Shown: positions 38,527 through 46,488, counted from the stretch's first letter. The stretch: 64,000 nucleotides of DNA from Oscillospiraceae bacterium (GCA_015067485.1 SVMJ01000007.1:16580-80579), one strand, 5' to 3'. Translations and numbers: made by a program. Notes: generated from the letters alone by a model not told the origin.

Positions 38527-39423
38527 ATGGAACTGTTACGAGTACTGGAGACGATTCGCACCCCGTTTTTTGACACCTTCTTTTCTCTGCTCACCAAACT
38601 GGGCGAAGAGACGGTTTTACTTTTGATCGCGCTGTTTTTGGTATGGTGCGTGGATAAAAAGCACGGCTACCACCTATTTGCGGTCGGGTTCTTTGGACTG
38701 ACTGTCAATCAGTTCTTGAAAATGACCACGCGTGTCCCCCGCCCCTGGGTGAAAGACCCGAGTTTTACCATTGTGGAGTCCGCACGCGCAGGTGCGACCG
38801 GCTATTCGTTCCCGAGCGGACACACCCAGGTATCGGTGAGTTTGTACGGCTCGATGGCGCGTTTTTGCAAATCTCGCGCAGTTCGCATTGTGTCGCTTCT
38901 CCTTGCGATACTCATCCCGTTTTCCCGTTTGTATCTCGGAGTGCATACCCTTGCGGATGTTTTGGCATCGGTTGTGATTGCAACCACTTTGATTTTTGTG
39001 ATCCATCCAATCATTTATAAAAATTTTGAAAACAAAAAGGCTATGAATCTGCTCTTTTCAGCGATGGCATTATCTGGGCTTGCTTATGTGCTCTATATCA
39101 CTTACTTCCCGTTTCCGACCGATGTGGACACGGTACATCTTGCCGATGCAGCAGAAAACGGATATAAAATGTTCGGCGCGATTTTGGGGCTGTGGGTTTC
39201 ATATCTGATTGATCTCCGCTATATCCGATTTGACACAAAAGCGGTATGGTGGGCGCAAATGCTCAAGTTCATTCTCGGCGCGGTGTTCTTTTTGATTTTA
39301 CGCATGGCACTGAAAGCACTTCTCCCGTCAGGACTGATTTTCGGCGCGGTCCGCTACTTCCTGCTCGTGATTTACGGAATGACCTTATGGCCGATGACGT
39401 TCAAATACTTTCCCCAAAAGTAG
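38527..39423 (+). CDS. PAP2 (type 2 phosphatidic acid / lipid phosphate phosphatase) family membrane protein
   Basis: Motifs KMTTRVPRP, FPSGHT and SRLYLGVHTLADV. Confidence 0.88.
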   Translation: MELLRVLETIRTPFFDTFFSLLTKLGEETVLLLIALFLVWCVDKKHGYHLFAVGFFGLTVNQFLKMTTRVPRPWVKDPSFTIVESARAGATGYSFPSGHTQVSVSLYGSMARFCKSRAVRIVSLLLAILIPFSRLYLGVHTLADVLASVVIATTLIFVIHPIIYKNFENKKAMNLLFSAMALSGLAYVLYITYFPFPTDVDTVHLADAAENGYKMFGAILGLWVSYLIDLRYIRFDTKAVWWAQMLKFILGAVFFLILRMALKALLPSGLIFGAVRYFLLVIYGMTLWPMTFKYFPQK

Positions 39424-39454
39424 AAAAAGCGACTGATCATCAGTCGCTTTTTTA
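39424..39454. terminator. Bidirectional terminator
   Basis: AAAAGCGACTGA / TCAGTCGCTTTT hairpin. Confidence 0.7.
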
Positions 39455-40387
39455 TTTGTGCCAATCGAAGGATAAGATTTTTTGAAAGACACGGTTTCCG
39501 AAGAGTGGTAAAATCACGATCGTTGCAAGTAGTGCCCACCACAGTCCGCCGAAAGCCGGCAGGGCTTTCACGAGAAAACCGTGAAGCAAGAAAATCGGCC
39601 ATGTGTTCTGCCCGATGTTGGTGATAAACGGGATTTTGCGATTGAAACATTTTTGGAATCCGATGAGCAGAAACGCAATCCACGCGAGCGAAATCAACAT
39701 CAGTGCCGCGCGCAACCAAAGTGCGCCGCCACACTTTGCATAGGAATACGACCCGTAAAGCAGACCGTTTGAAACGTTTGCGTAGTGTAAGAAAAGAACG
39801 GATGAGACGACAATCACGGCAGAGATCGCAAAAACTTTTTTGTTTTTGAGTTTCTCCATACCGCCGTTTTTCTTGCAGTAAAATCCCAGCAAAAACCACG
39901 GCAAGAACACAAAAAATCTTGAGAGCGATAATGGATAGCCGATTTTGTCCACAAATCCAACTGCGAGTGCAAGGATAATTGAGAAGATTACGGCAAGCGT
40001 TTGTCGGAGTTTATTTTCGGTATTACAAAGCGGGATGAGCAGTTGATAGAAAATGCATACGAGCAGATACCACAAAATCCAATACGGGGTGGTATATTGC
40101 AGTCCCGTGTTCCATCCCAGTACGCATCGCTCGAAGAGCAGATAGATCGTTTGAAAGATCACATAAGGGATGCACCAGCGGAAGAAAATCCGCTTTGGTG
40201 AGAATTTCGCAAAATATCCAAACAAGAACAGGAACGCGGGCATATGGAATGAGTAGATGACTTGGTAGAGAAGATTGCGCCCGAAGAAATCGGGACACAC
40301 TTCCAGGAAATGCGCGAACACCACAAGAAAAATCAAAAGAAAACGAAGATTATCCAAATAATATTGCCGTTTCATCTGTTCCACCAT
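39452..40387 (-). CDS. Acyltransferase family 3 (membrane O-acyltransferase)
   Basis: YLDNLRFLLIFLVVFAHF N-terminus and about 10 TM segments. ATG 40387 follows an AGAGGGGAG RBS. The ORF-track start at 40444 would run into the upstream hairpin. Confidence 0.85.
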   Translation of the reverse strand: MVEQMKRQYYLDNLRFLLIFLVVFAHFLEVCPDFFGRNLLYQVIYSFHMPAFLFLFGYFAKFSPKRIFFRWCIPYVIFQTIYLLFERCVLGWNTGLQYTTPYWILWYLLVCIFYQLLIPLCNTENKLRQTLAVIFSIILALAVGFVDKIGYPLSLSRFFVFLPWFLLGFYCKKNGGMEKLKNKKVFAISAVIVVSSVLFLHYANVSNGLLYGSYSYAKCGGALWLRAALMLISLAWIAFLLIGFQKCFNRKIPFITNIGQNTWPIFLLHGFLVKALPAFGGLWWALLATIVILPLFGNRVFQKILSFDWHK

Positions 40388-40432
40388 CTCACTCCCCTCT
40401 TTCTGCATACTGTAAACTATACCAAGAAAAGC

Positions 40433-40470
40433 AAAAAAAGACAAGAGCGAAACGCTCTTGTCTTTTTTCT
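40433..40470. repeat. 37-nt hairpin, left copy of an inverted pair; also the terminator of the Imm-like gene
   Basis: AAAAAAAGACAAGAGCG-AAA-CGCTCTTGTCTTTTTT. It is identical to 41101-41137 except that the loop triplet is complemented. Confidence 0.85.
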
Positions 40471-40474
40471 AAAT

Positions 40475-40756
40475 TTACTGATTCTTTTCCTTCATCGTTG
40501 CCCAAATCAACGCAACAACCCAACCGATAAAAGTCCAGCCCAAAAAGACATTGAGTAGTATAATTGCTGTTGTCTGGATATGATTTTTTCTCCATGCCAC
40601 AATGCTGGGAATAAAATAGACCGCAAGAGCTACTGCAATTCCAACAATCCACAAAAGCAATGCAATTGGGCTAAGCCCACCATTTGTTAACATCGATCTG
40701 ACGAAGCCAAATAAAAAGACTGCGACAAAAATCATAACACCTTTCCCAAAAGTCAT
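40475..40756 (-). CDS. Superinfection immunity (T4 Imm-like, Imm_superinfect family) small membrane protein
   Basis: YFIPSIVAWRKNHIQTTAIILLNVFLGWTFIGWVVALIWA matches the family core, with an extra N-terminal TM segment. Confidence 0.7.
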   Translation of the reverse strand: MTFGKGVMIFVAVFLFGFVRSMLTNGGLSPIALLLWIVGIAVALAVYFIPSIVAWRKNHIQTTAIILLNVFLGWTFIGWVVALIWATMKEKNQ

Positions 40757-40777
40757 AATTCTGCTCCTTTTTGTAAC

Positions 40778-40844
40778 ATTCTTATCTTTAACACAATTCT
40801 ACCACCATATCATGTTAAAGTCAAGATAAATTCTTATCTTTAAC
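40778..40844. promoter_or_regulatory. Divergent promoter region with a 15-bp direct repeat (candidate XRE operators)
   Basis: ATTCTTATCTTTAAC occurs at 40778-40792 and again at 40830-40844. A partial inverted copy, GTTAAAGTCAAGATAA, lies at 40814-40829. Confidence 0.45.
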
Positions 40845-40859
40845 GCAAAGGGTGATTTC

Positions 40860-41102
40860 GTGAAAATATATGATTATAACGGTAAGAAAAACATTTGCGG
40901 AGACCGTGTGCACGAAGCACGATGCAAGTTGAGAATGACACAGAGTGATTTAGCCGCCAAATTGCAATTATCCGATATTATCATTGAACGAGACAGCGTT
41001 TCACGCATTGAACTGGGAACAAGGTTTGTGACAGATTATGAAGTCAGGGCGCTTGCAAACATACTGAAAGTCTCCCCGCTTTGGCTGCTTGGCATTGAAT
41101 AA
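40860..41102 (+). CDS. XRE/Cro-C1 family HTH transcriptional regulator (80 aa, GTG start)
   Basis: RLRMTQSDLAAKLQLSDIIIERDSVSRIELGTR is an HTH_3-like motif. Confidence 0.85.
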   Translation: MKIYDYNGKKNICGDRVHEARCKLRMTQSDLAAKLQLSDIIIERDSVSRIELGTRFVTDYEVRALANILKVSPLWLLGIE

Positions 41103-41137
41103 AAAAAGACAAGAGCGTTTCGCTCTTGTCTTTTTTT
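41101..41137. repeat. 37-nt hairpin, right copy of the inverted pair; terminator for the XRE gene and the adenine deaminase gene
   Basis: AAAAAAAGACAAGAGCG-TTT-CGCTCTTGTCTTTTTTT. Confidence 0.85.
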
Positions 41138-42926
41138 ATTCTACAATCAAGTCAATGAACTCGAAGGTTCGGCAGTCGACCAGACCGCGGTTGGTGAGTC
41201 GGGTTTCGGGCAGGCATGCGAGCGGGATGAGTGCCATGGTCATAAAGGGAGACGGGAGCAAACTTCCCATTTCCTGCCAAGTCTTCTCCATATGCGCAAT
41301 GGATGCGCTCATTTCATCGATGGGTTTATCGCTCATGAGACCTGCGATGGGGAGCGGAACAACGCTGAGGACTTTGCCGTCAAGGACTGCGACCAGACCG
41401 CCGCCGCATTCGATGAGCGTATTGGCGGCGAGTGCCATGTCTTCGTCGTTACTGCCTGCGACAAGCAGGTTGTGTGCGTCATGCGCGACTGTTTGTGCCA
41501 AAGCGCCGCGTTTAATGCCGAAGCCTTTGATAAAGCCTTTGCCGACTGTGCCTGTTTTGTGATGGCGTTCAAAGACCGCGACTTTGAGCACATCCTGCTC
41601 GGAGTCTGCTTCAATCCCGCCATCGCAGACGGGCAGTGTAACGATTTTATCGAATGTACCTACGCGTGCGGGGATGACTTCGATCGCATGGACTTTTGCG
41701 GAGTCCCCTGCACAAGGAATTTTGAAATCTTCCGCGGTGAGTTTGTCAAGATGGACCGAGTGGGTCGCTTGTTCGGGGTATGTATACGGTGCAAAATCCA
41801 CCGTCATCTTGCCGTCTTTTGCCACAAGTTCACCGTCGATAAACACGTCGGTTACATGGCAGGTGTTCAGATCATCGATTAGGACAAGGTCCGCACACTT
41901 GGACGGGGCGACACTGCCCATCTCATGGTCAAGCTGGAAGCACTGTGCCACGTTGATGGTAACCATCTGGATGGCAGTGATGGGATCGACCCCTTCTTCA
42001 ATGGCGCGGCGGACGATGTAGTCGAGATGCCCGTGGCGGATGAGTGTGTGCGGGTGGGTGTCATCCGAAATCAGACACGCGAAGCGACTGTCCACTTTCT
42101 GCTCGGTGATTGCTTTTGCGACTTCGTGCAAGTCGTGCCATGCAGAGCCTTCACGGAGCATTGCGTACATCCCAAGACGCATTTTTGCGAGCGCGTCTTC
42201 CGCACGGGTGGATTCGTGGCAACATCTGAGCCCGCTTGCGATATAAGCATTCAGCCCCGAGCCTGTTTCAGGAATCGAATAATGACCTGTGGGGATTTTT
42301 CCTGCCTTAAGCGTTTCGCCGACAATGCCGTGGGTATGCGGATTCCCACCGAGGATACCCGGAAAGTTCATCATTTCACCAAGACCCACGCAGCAGTCAT
42401 AGTCCATGGTGAGTGCCACGTCTTCCGGATCGATTTTTGCGCCTGTGTCTTCAAATCCGCCGACCGCAGGGACACAGGACGGGGTGGTGAGCATGGTCTT
42501 GAGCGGGGTACGCTTTGCGTCTTCCATCATGAAGTTTACCCCGTCAAGCCCCAGGACGTTACAGATTTCATGGGGATCGATGAAGACCCCGCTTGTCCCG
42601 TGGGCAACGACGGCTTTTGCATATTCGCCAACGGTGAGCATCGACGATTCGATGTGGATATGTCCGTCCATAAACGCAGGTGCAAGGTATTTGTTTTCCG
42701 CGTCAATCACGGTGGTATTTTCGCCGATGCAATGGCTTGCATCACCCACAAGTGCAATGCGACCGTCTGCAACCGCGACCGAGATGTTTTCCATAATCTC
42801 GTGAGTGCAGACGTTTACAAGGCGCGCGTTTTGGATGACAAGGTCCGCTTTTTCCGCACCGGTTGCGACTTTTGCGAGTCTGATTGTACATTCATAAAGA
42901 GGTTTTTTGCAGAATTTGTTGATCAT
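41136..42926 (-). CDS. ade: Adenine deaminase
   Basis: APAFMDGHIHIESSML, GTSGVFIDPHEI, and the Ade C-terminal domain. ATG 42926 follows a GGGGGAG RBS. Confidence 0.88.
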   Translation of the reverse strand: MINKFCKKPLYECTIRLAKVATGAEKADLVIQNARLVNVCTHEIMENISVAVADGRIALVGDASHCIGENTTVIDAENKYLAPAFMDGHIHIESSMLTVGEYAKAVVAHGTSGVFIDPHEICNVLGLDGVNFMMEDAKRTPLKTMLTTPSCVPAVGGFEDTGAKIDPEDVALTMDYDCCVGLGEMMNFPGILGGNPHTHGIVGETLKAGKIPTGHYSIPETGSGLNAYIASGLRCCHESTRAEDALAKMRLGMYAMLREGSAWHDLHEVAKAITEQKVDSRFACLISDDTHPHTLIRHGHLDYIVRRAIEEGVDPITAIQMVTINVAQCFQLDHEMGSVAPSKCADLVLIDDLNTCHVTDVFIDGELVAKDGKMTVDFAPYTYPEQATHSVHLDKLTAEDFKIPCAGDSAKVHAIEVIPARVGTFDKIVTLPVCDGGIEADSEQDVLKVAVFERHHKTGTVGKGFIKGFGIKRGALAQTVAHDAHNLLVAGSNDEDMALAANTLIECGGGLVAVLDGKVLSVVPLPIAGLMSDKPIDEMSASIAHMEKTWQEMGSLLPSPFMTMALIPLACLPETRLTNRGLVDCRTFEFIDLIVE

Positions 42927-42968
42927 AATTCTCCCCCTATTGATTTTCATCTATCTTCATTATAGCAC

Positions 42969-43010
42969 AAAAAACAAAAAAACAACAGGGGTAATTTACC
43001 CCTGTTGTTT
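42969..43010 (-). terminator. Terminator after the SDR gene
   Basis: AACAACAGGGG / CCCCTGTTGTT stem with a U-run on the minus strand. Confidence 0.7.
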
Positions 43011-43021
43011 GCGATGTTATC

Positions 43022-43789
43022 TTAGAAAGAAGTCAGACCACTATCCGCAGTAACGATAGCACCGTTGACAACAGCCGCCGCATCACTTGCCAAGAACAGA
43101 GCAATATCTGCAATTTCAATTGCTTCTGCACTTCTGGTTCCGAAATTCATTGCCAGCATAGCGCTCTGCATACCCTTCTGGTCTGCGGTGGCAAAGATTG
43201 CCGGATCTGCCATTTCGGTATTGATTCCGCCCGGGCAGATCGCGTTGCAACGAATCTTATCAAGGCGATATGTAAATGCGGTATTCTTCGTGAGACCGAT
43301 CACAGCGTGCTTCGCCATTGTATAAGCGCATCCGCTCTTGCCGCCGCAGATGCCTGCGATGGAAGCGACATTCACGATGCTGCCGCCGTTTTCGTTTTCT
43401 AAAAATACTCTGACCGCCTTACGGGTCGCCCAAGCCGGACCGTAAACATCAACATTCATCAGTCGAAGCATCAGTTCTGTATCAAGGTTTTCCGCCGGTG
43501 CAAAATTGTCCATCAAACCTGCGTTGTTGATGAGAATGTCAAATTTGCCGAACTTCTCGATGGCAAAATCAATCATCTTCTCGTTGGTTTCTTCCAAGGA
43601 AATATCGCCCGCATATGCAACGATTTCGCCTGCGAGTGCGCAACTCTGTTCTTCGAGTTCCGCCAGTCTTTCCGCGCGTCTTGCAACCGCAACGACCTTA
43701 GCGCCTTCTTTTGCAAAAAGAAGTGCGATTTCCTTGCCAACGCCGCTGGATGCACCTGTAACAACTGCAACTTTGTCTTTCAGTACCAT
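43022..43789 (-). CDS. SDR family oxidoreductase
   Basis: VTGASSGVGKE, NNAG, and YTMAKHAV (YxxxK). ATG 43789 follows a GGAGG RBS. Confidence 0.88.
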   Translation of the reverse strand: MVLKDKVAVVTGASSGVGKEIALLFAKEGAKVVAVARRAERLAELEEQSCALAGEIVAYAGDISLEETNEKMIDFAIEKFGKFDILINNAGLMDNFAPAENLDTELMLRLMNVDVYGPAWATRKAVRVFLENENGGSIVNVASIAGICGGKSGCAYTMAKHAVIGLTKNTAFTYRLDKIRCNAICPGGINTEMADPAIFATADQKGMQSAMLAMNFGTRSAEAIEIADIALFLASDAAAVVNGAIVTADSGLTSF

Positions 43790-43854
43790 ACTAAAACCTC
43801 CAAACAATTTTTGTGTTTGATAAAATTTTAACAAATTTATCTGCATTTGTCAAT

Positions 43855-43888
43855 CACAAAAAAAGACAGGGGCATTTGCCCCTGTCTT
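43855..43888 (-). terminator. Terminator after spoIVB
   Basis: AGACAGGGGC / GCCCCTGTCT stem with a U-run on the minus strand. Confidence 0.7.
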
Positions 43889-44911
43889 TTAACTTGCCAC
43901 GTCGAGCATATTCTCGATGAAGATGCCGTAGCCGACCAAGGGGTCGTTTATGAGAACATGCGTTACGGCACCAATCAGTTTCCCATTTTGGATGATGGGA
44001 CTGCCGCTCATGCCCTGCACGATACCGCCCGTTTTTTCGATGAGTTTCGGGTCGGTGATGCGAATCATCATGGATTTTCCGTTTTCTTCTTTCTCTTCAT
44101 AAATTTGTGTGATTTTGATTTGGTATTCACGTACATCATTTCCATCGACATTGCTCAAAATAGTAGCACTGCCAAGTTCGACCTCATGTTTCTCCGCGAT
44201 GGGAAGTGCTTCCCGCTTCATCCAATCACAGTCTTTTGTGAATACCCCGAAGATGCCTTGGTCGGTATTTTTGCGGATTACGCCCGAGTCTTCGCGCAGT
44301 TCATAGTCTCCGACGAGTTCCCCCGGGCTTCCTGCCGCACCCTTGTGGACTGCTTTGACTTTTGATTCCATGACAGAACCTGCACGCATGGGAATCAAGA
44401 AATTGGTCTCAACATCGCAGATGCCGTGCCCCAAAGCTCCGAATTCACCGCTTTGCGGGTCAATGAATGTGACCGTTCCGATTCCTGCCATACTGTCGCG
44501 CACCCAAAGACCCAACTGATGGGTTCCGTCTTTGGATTTTTCGGGCGTTACCCGAACGGTTTTGGTGTCATCTCCACGCCGATAGACGATTTCTGCCGCG
44601 ATCCCTTTGCATTTTTCGACTTCGGCCTTGAGTTCTTCATTGGTGTCAACCGCTTTTCCGTTGATTTTCAAAATCAGGTCCCCTTCTTTGAGGCCTGCGG
44701 TTTTCGCCGGATGAGAAGATCCTTTTTCGGTATCAACCGGGACCGTGCGGACTACCACCACGCCGTCTGAAAATAATTTGATCCCCGTGGTGTGTCCGCC
44801 GGGAACCAGACGCCGCTCACTTGCGAATGCGACCGTGAAAAGCATTGCAAGTACAACCAAAAATGAAATAAATTTTTTTGATATTTGCGCCACGCTTTCA
44901 CTCCTTTCCAC
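43889..44911 (-). CDS. spoIVB: SpoIVB peptidase (S55), sigma-K checkpoint signalling protease
   Basis: N-terminal TM, a PDZ domain (GLKEGDLILKINGKAV), a GTVTFIDPQSGEFGALGH motif, and catalytic Ser GMSGSPIIQNGKLIGAVTHV. Confidence 0.92.
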   Translation of the reverse strand: MERSESVAQISKKFISFLVVLAMLFTVAFASERRLVPGGHTTGIKLFSDGVVVVRTVPVDTEKGSSHPAKTAGLKEGDLILKINGKAVDTNEELKAEVEKCKGIAAEIVYRRGDDTKTVRVTPEKSKDGTHQLGLWVRDSMAGIGTVTFIDPQSGEFGALGHGICDVETNFLIPMRAGSVMESKVKAVHKGAAGSPGELVGDYELREDSGVIRKNTDQGIFGVFTKDCDWMKREALPIAEKHEVELGSATILSNVDGNDVREYQIKITQIYEEKEENGKSMMIRITDPKLIEKTGGIVQGMSGSPIIQNGKLIGAVTHVLINDPLVGYGIFIENMLDVAS

Positions 44912-44974
44912 AGTGACACAGTTAGGATGTGCAAAAAGCGAATTTGTAGCCTGTCAAAACCTTGGTGCTTTTTC

Positions 44975-45008
44975 AAAAAATTAAACGGCACCACAAAGGT
45001 GCCGTTTT
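44975..45008 (-). terminator. Terminator after the lipoprotein gene
   Basis: AAACGGCACC / GGTGCCGTTT stem with a U-run on the minus strand. Confidence 0.7.
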
Positions 45009-45010
45009 CA

Positions 45011-45409
45011 TCAATACGCTGCTTTCGCCAGTTTTGCTGCGATTTGTGCAAGTCGAGCACTATATTTTGAGATTTCGGACGGAGATGCTTTTTCTAAATC
45101 ATCTTGAACTTTTTGGGATTTTTCTGCCCAATCTGTCATTTCCGTCATCATGTCCGCATAATCGCCTAAAAGTGAAAGATCGGAAGGATTTTCCTTATAT
45201 TTTTGCATGAATCCAATATACTGATCCACCCATGCCTCGTATTCATCCAGAAAATCTTCCCATGCCACAGGTTGTGTTTCTTCCTGTACTTCCTTCTCTA
45301 CAATAACAGGTTCAGTTTCTACCGGCGCAGTATCTACAGTGTCACTTGTGCAAGCAGAAATGGTGCATACCAAAAGTACAAATAAAACCAGTGCCACAAA
45401 TTTCTTCAT
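45011..45409 (-). CDS. Small acidic lipoprotein of unknown function
   Basis: Signal peptide MKKFVALVLFVLLVCTISAC with an I-S-A-C lipobox, followed by an acidic helical domain. AAGGAG RBS. Confidence 0.7.
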   Translation of the reverse strand: MKKFVALVLFVLLVCTISACTSDTVDTAPVETEPVIVEKEVQEETQPVAWEDFLDEYEAWVDQYIGFMQKYKENPSDLSLLGDYADMMTEMTDWAEKSQKVQDDLEKASPSEISKYSARLAQIAAKLAKAAY

Positions 45410-45422
45410 AAAAATGCTCCTT

Positions 45423-45764
45423 TCAAAGACGATACAAGAAATAAACAAAGTTTCCCATTATAATAACCGTGGAAAAAATATGTATTATTCTTGCATATTT
45501 CCCAAAAATCGAATGAAACAATTCCAAGACAAATGCGACTGCAACCGGAAATGCCATAGCGTTATACGCAAAGTATCCTTTGATATCGCCACAAGCCAAA
45601 GACATAAGCGCCCTGGACATATAACAAGTTGGGCAAATGTGATTTGTGATTTTATAAATCAAACAATTGATCCCGAACGCTTTGCATATCAGAAAAACCA
45701 CCGCAAATCCAATTAAAAGCGCAACTGCATTTGGACTGTGTTTCTTAGATAAGCGACATGACAC
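45423..45764 (-). CDS. DUF2752 family membrane protein
   Basis: The family has a CPxCGxTRA-type motif; here it reads CPTCYMSRAL. Three to four TM segments. Confidence 0.65.
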   Translation of the reverse strand: MSCRLSKKHSPNAVALLIGFAVVFLICKAFGINCLIYKITNHICPTCYMSRALMSLACGDIKGYFAYNAMAFPVAVAFVLELFHSIFGKYARIIHIFSTVIIMGNFVYFLYRL

Positions 45765-46080
45765 GGTTGAAGTTCAACTCTTTTGTTTTTGCAGAAATAG
45801 AGAACCAGTCAATGATGGTCAAAATTCCGCAAACACCACAAGTCAAAAGTTTCAAAATTCCCATCCCGGTATCTCCGATCATGAATCGATCAACGCCCAA
45901 AACGCCAAGGAACAAAGAGACCAACAAAAGGGTTGTCGGGTCTTTCATTTCAATGGTAGAAATCAAAGAGAATTTTTCTTCGTCCATCGTTCTCAATTTG
46001 TCTTTGAGATACATGATTTTCTCTGCAGGAAAATACTTTTGGTTTGTCATGATGTACATGTCGATTTTTTGCTGATCCAT
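45745..46080 (-). CDS. TM2 domain-containing membrane protein
   Basis: LLLVSLFLGVLGVDRFMIGDTGMGILKLLT.GVCGILTIIDWF is the TM2 signature (GxDRF ... two TM helices). ATG 46080 follows a GGGGGT RBS. Confidence 0.8.
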   Translation of the reverse strand: MDQQKIDMYIMTNQKYFPAEKIMYLKDKLRTMDEEKFSLISTIEMKDPTTLLLVSLFLGVLGVDRFMIGDTGMGILKLLTCGVCGILTIIDWFSISAKTKELNFNRVMSLI

Positions 46081-46146
46081 TTTGGTTACCCCCATTTATT
46101 TTTTACACAAAAGAACTTCCCTATCGAAGTTTTTTGTCGAACTCTA

Positions 46147-46169
46147 TTTTAGCGGATTTTTCGCTAAAA
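46147..46169. promoter_or_regulatory. Palindromic candidate operator in the TM2-operon / XRE divergent region
   Basis: TTTTAGCG-GATTTTT-CGCTAAAA. A related half-site, TAGCGAATTTTT, lies at 46175-46186, and TATAAT at 46195-46200. Confidence 0.4.
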
Positions 46170-46231
46170 GTCAATAGCGAATTTTTTTCTAAATATAATG
46201 AAAGTAGACTTGTTAAGAAGGAGGTCATATT

Positions 46232-46450
46232 GTGCCGCATTACATGCGCATCCGAGATTTACGTGAAGATAAAGACTTGACGCAAACCGAGATGGGTAAA
46301 ATTTTATCTTGCAGTCAACGAGTTTACAGCAACTATGAACGCGGTGATATTGACATTCCGACCGCAACCTTGATTAAACTCGCCGATTTTTATGATGTTT
46401 CCACTGATTATCTTCTCGGACGAACAAACAATCCAAATCTGAACAAATAA
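46232..46450 (+). CDS. XRE family HTH transcriptional regulator (72 aa)
   Basis: LTQTEMGKILSCSQRVYSNYERGDIDIPTATLIKLADFYDVSTDYLLGR is a canonical HTH_3 motif. GGAGG RBS. Confidence 0.88.
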   Translation: MPHYMRIRDLREDKDLTQTEMGKILSCSQRVYSNYERGDIDIPTATLIKLADFYDVSTDYLLGRTNNPNLNK

Positions 46451-46451
46451 C

Positions 46452-46488
46452 AAAAAAGCGATGCACTGTGTGCATCGCTTTTGCTTTT
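46452..46488. terminator. Bidirectional terminator (XRE gene / argF)
   Basis: AGCGATGCAC / GTGCATCGCT stem flanked by A and T runs. Confidence 0.7.

Noticed and set aside
39372-39899. 175-aa minus-strand ORF.
   Set aside because: It is an alternative frame inside the acyltransferase-3 gene, whose own frame gives a coherent multi-TM protein.
41925-42965. 346-aa plus-strand ORF.
   Set aside because: Antisense to adenine deaminase.
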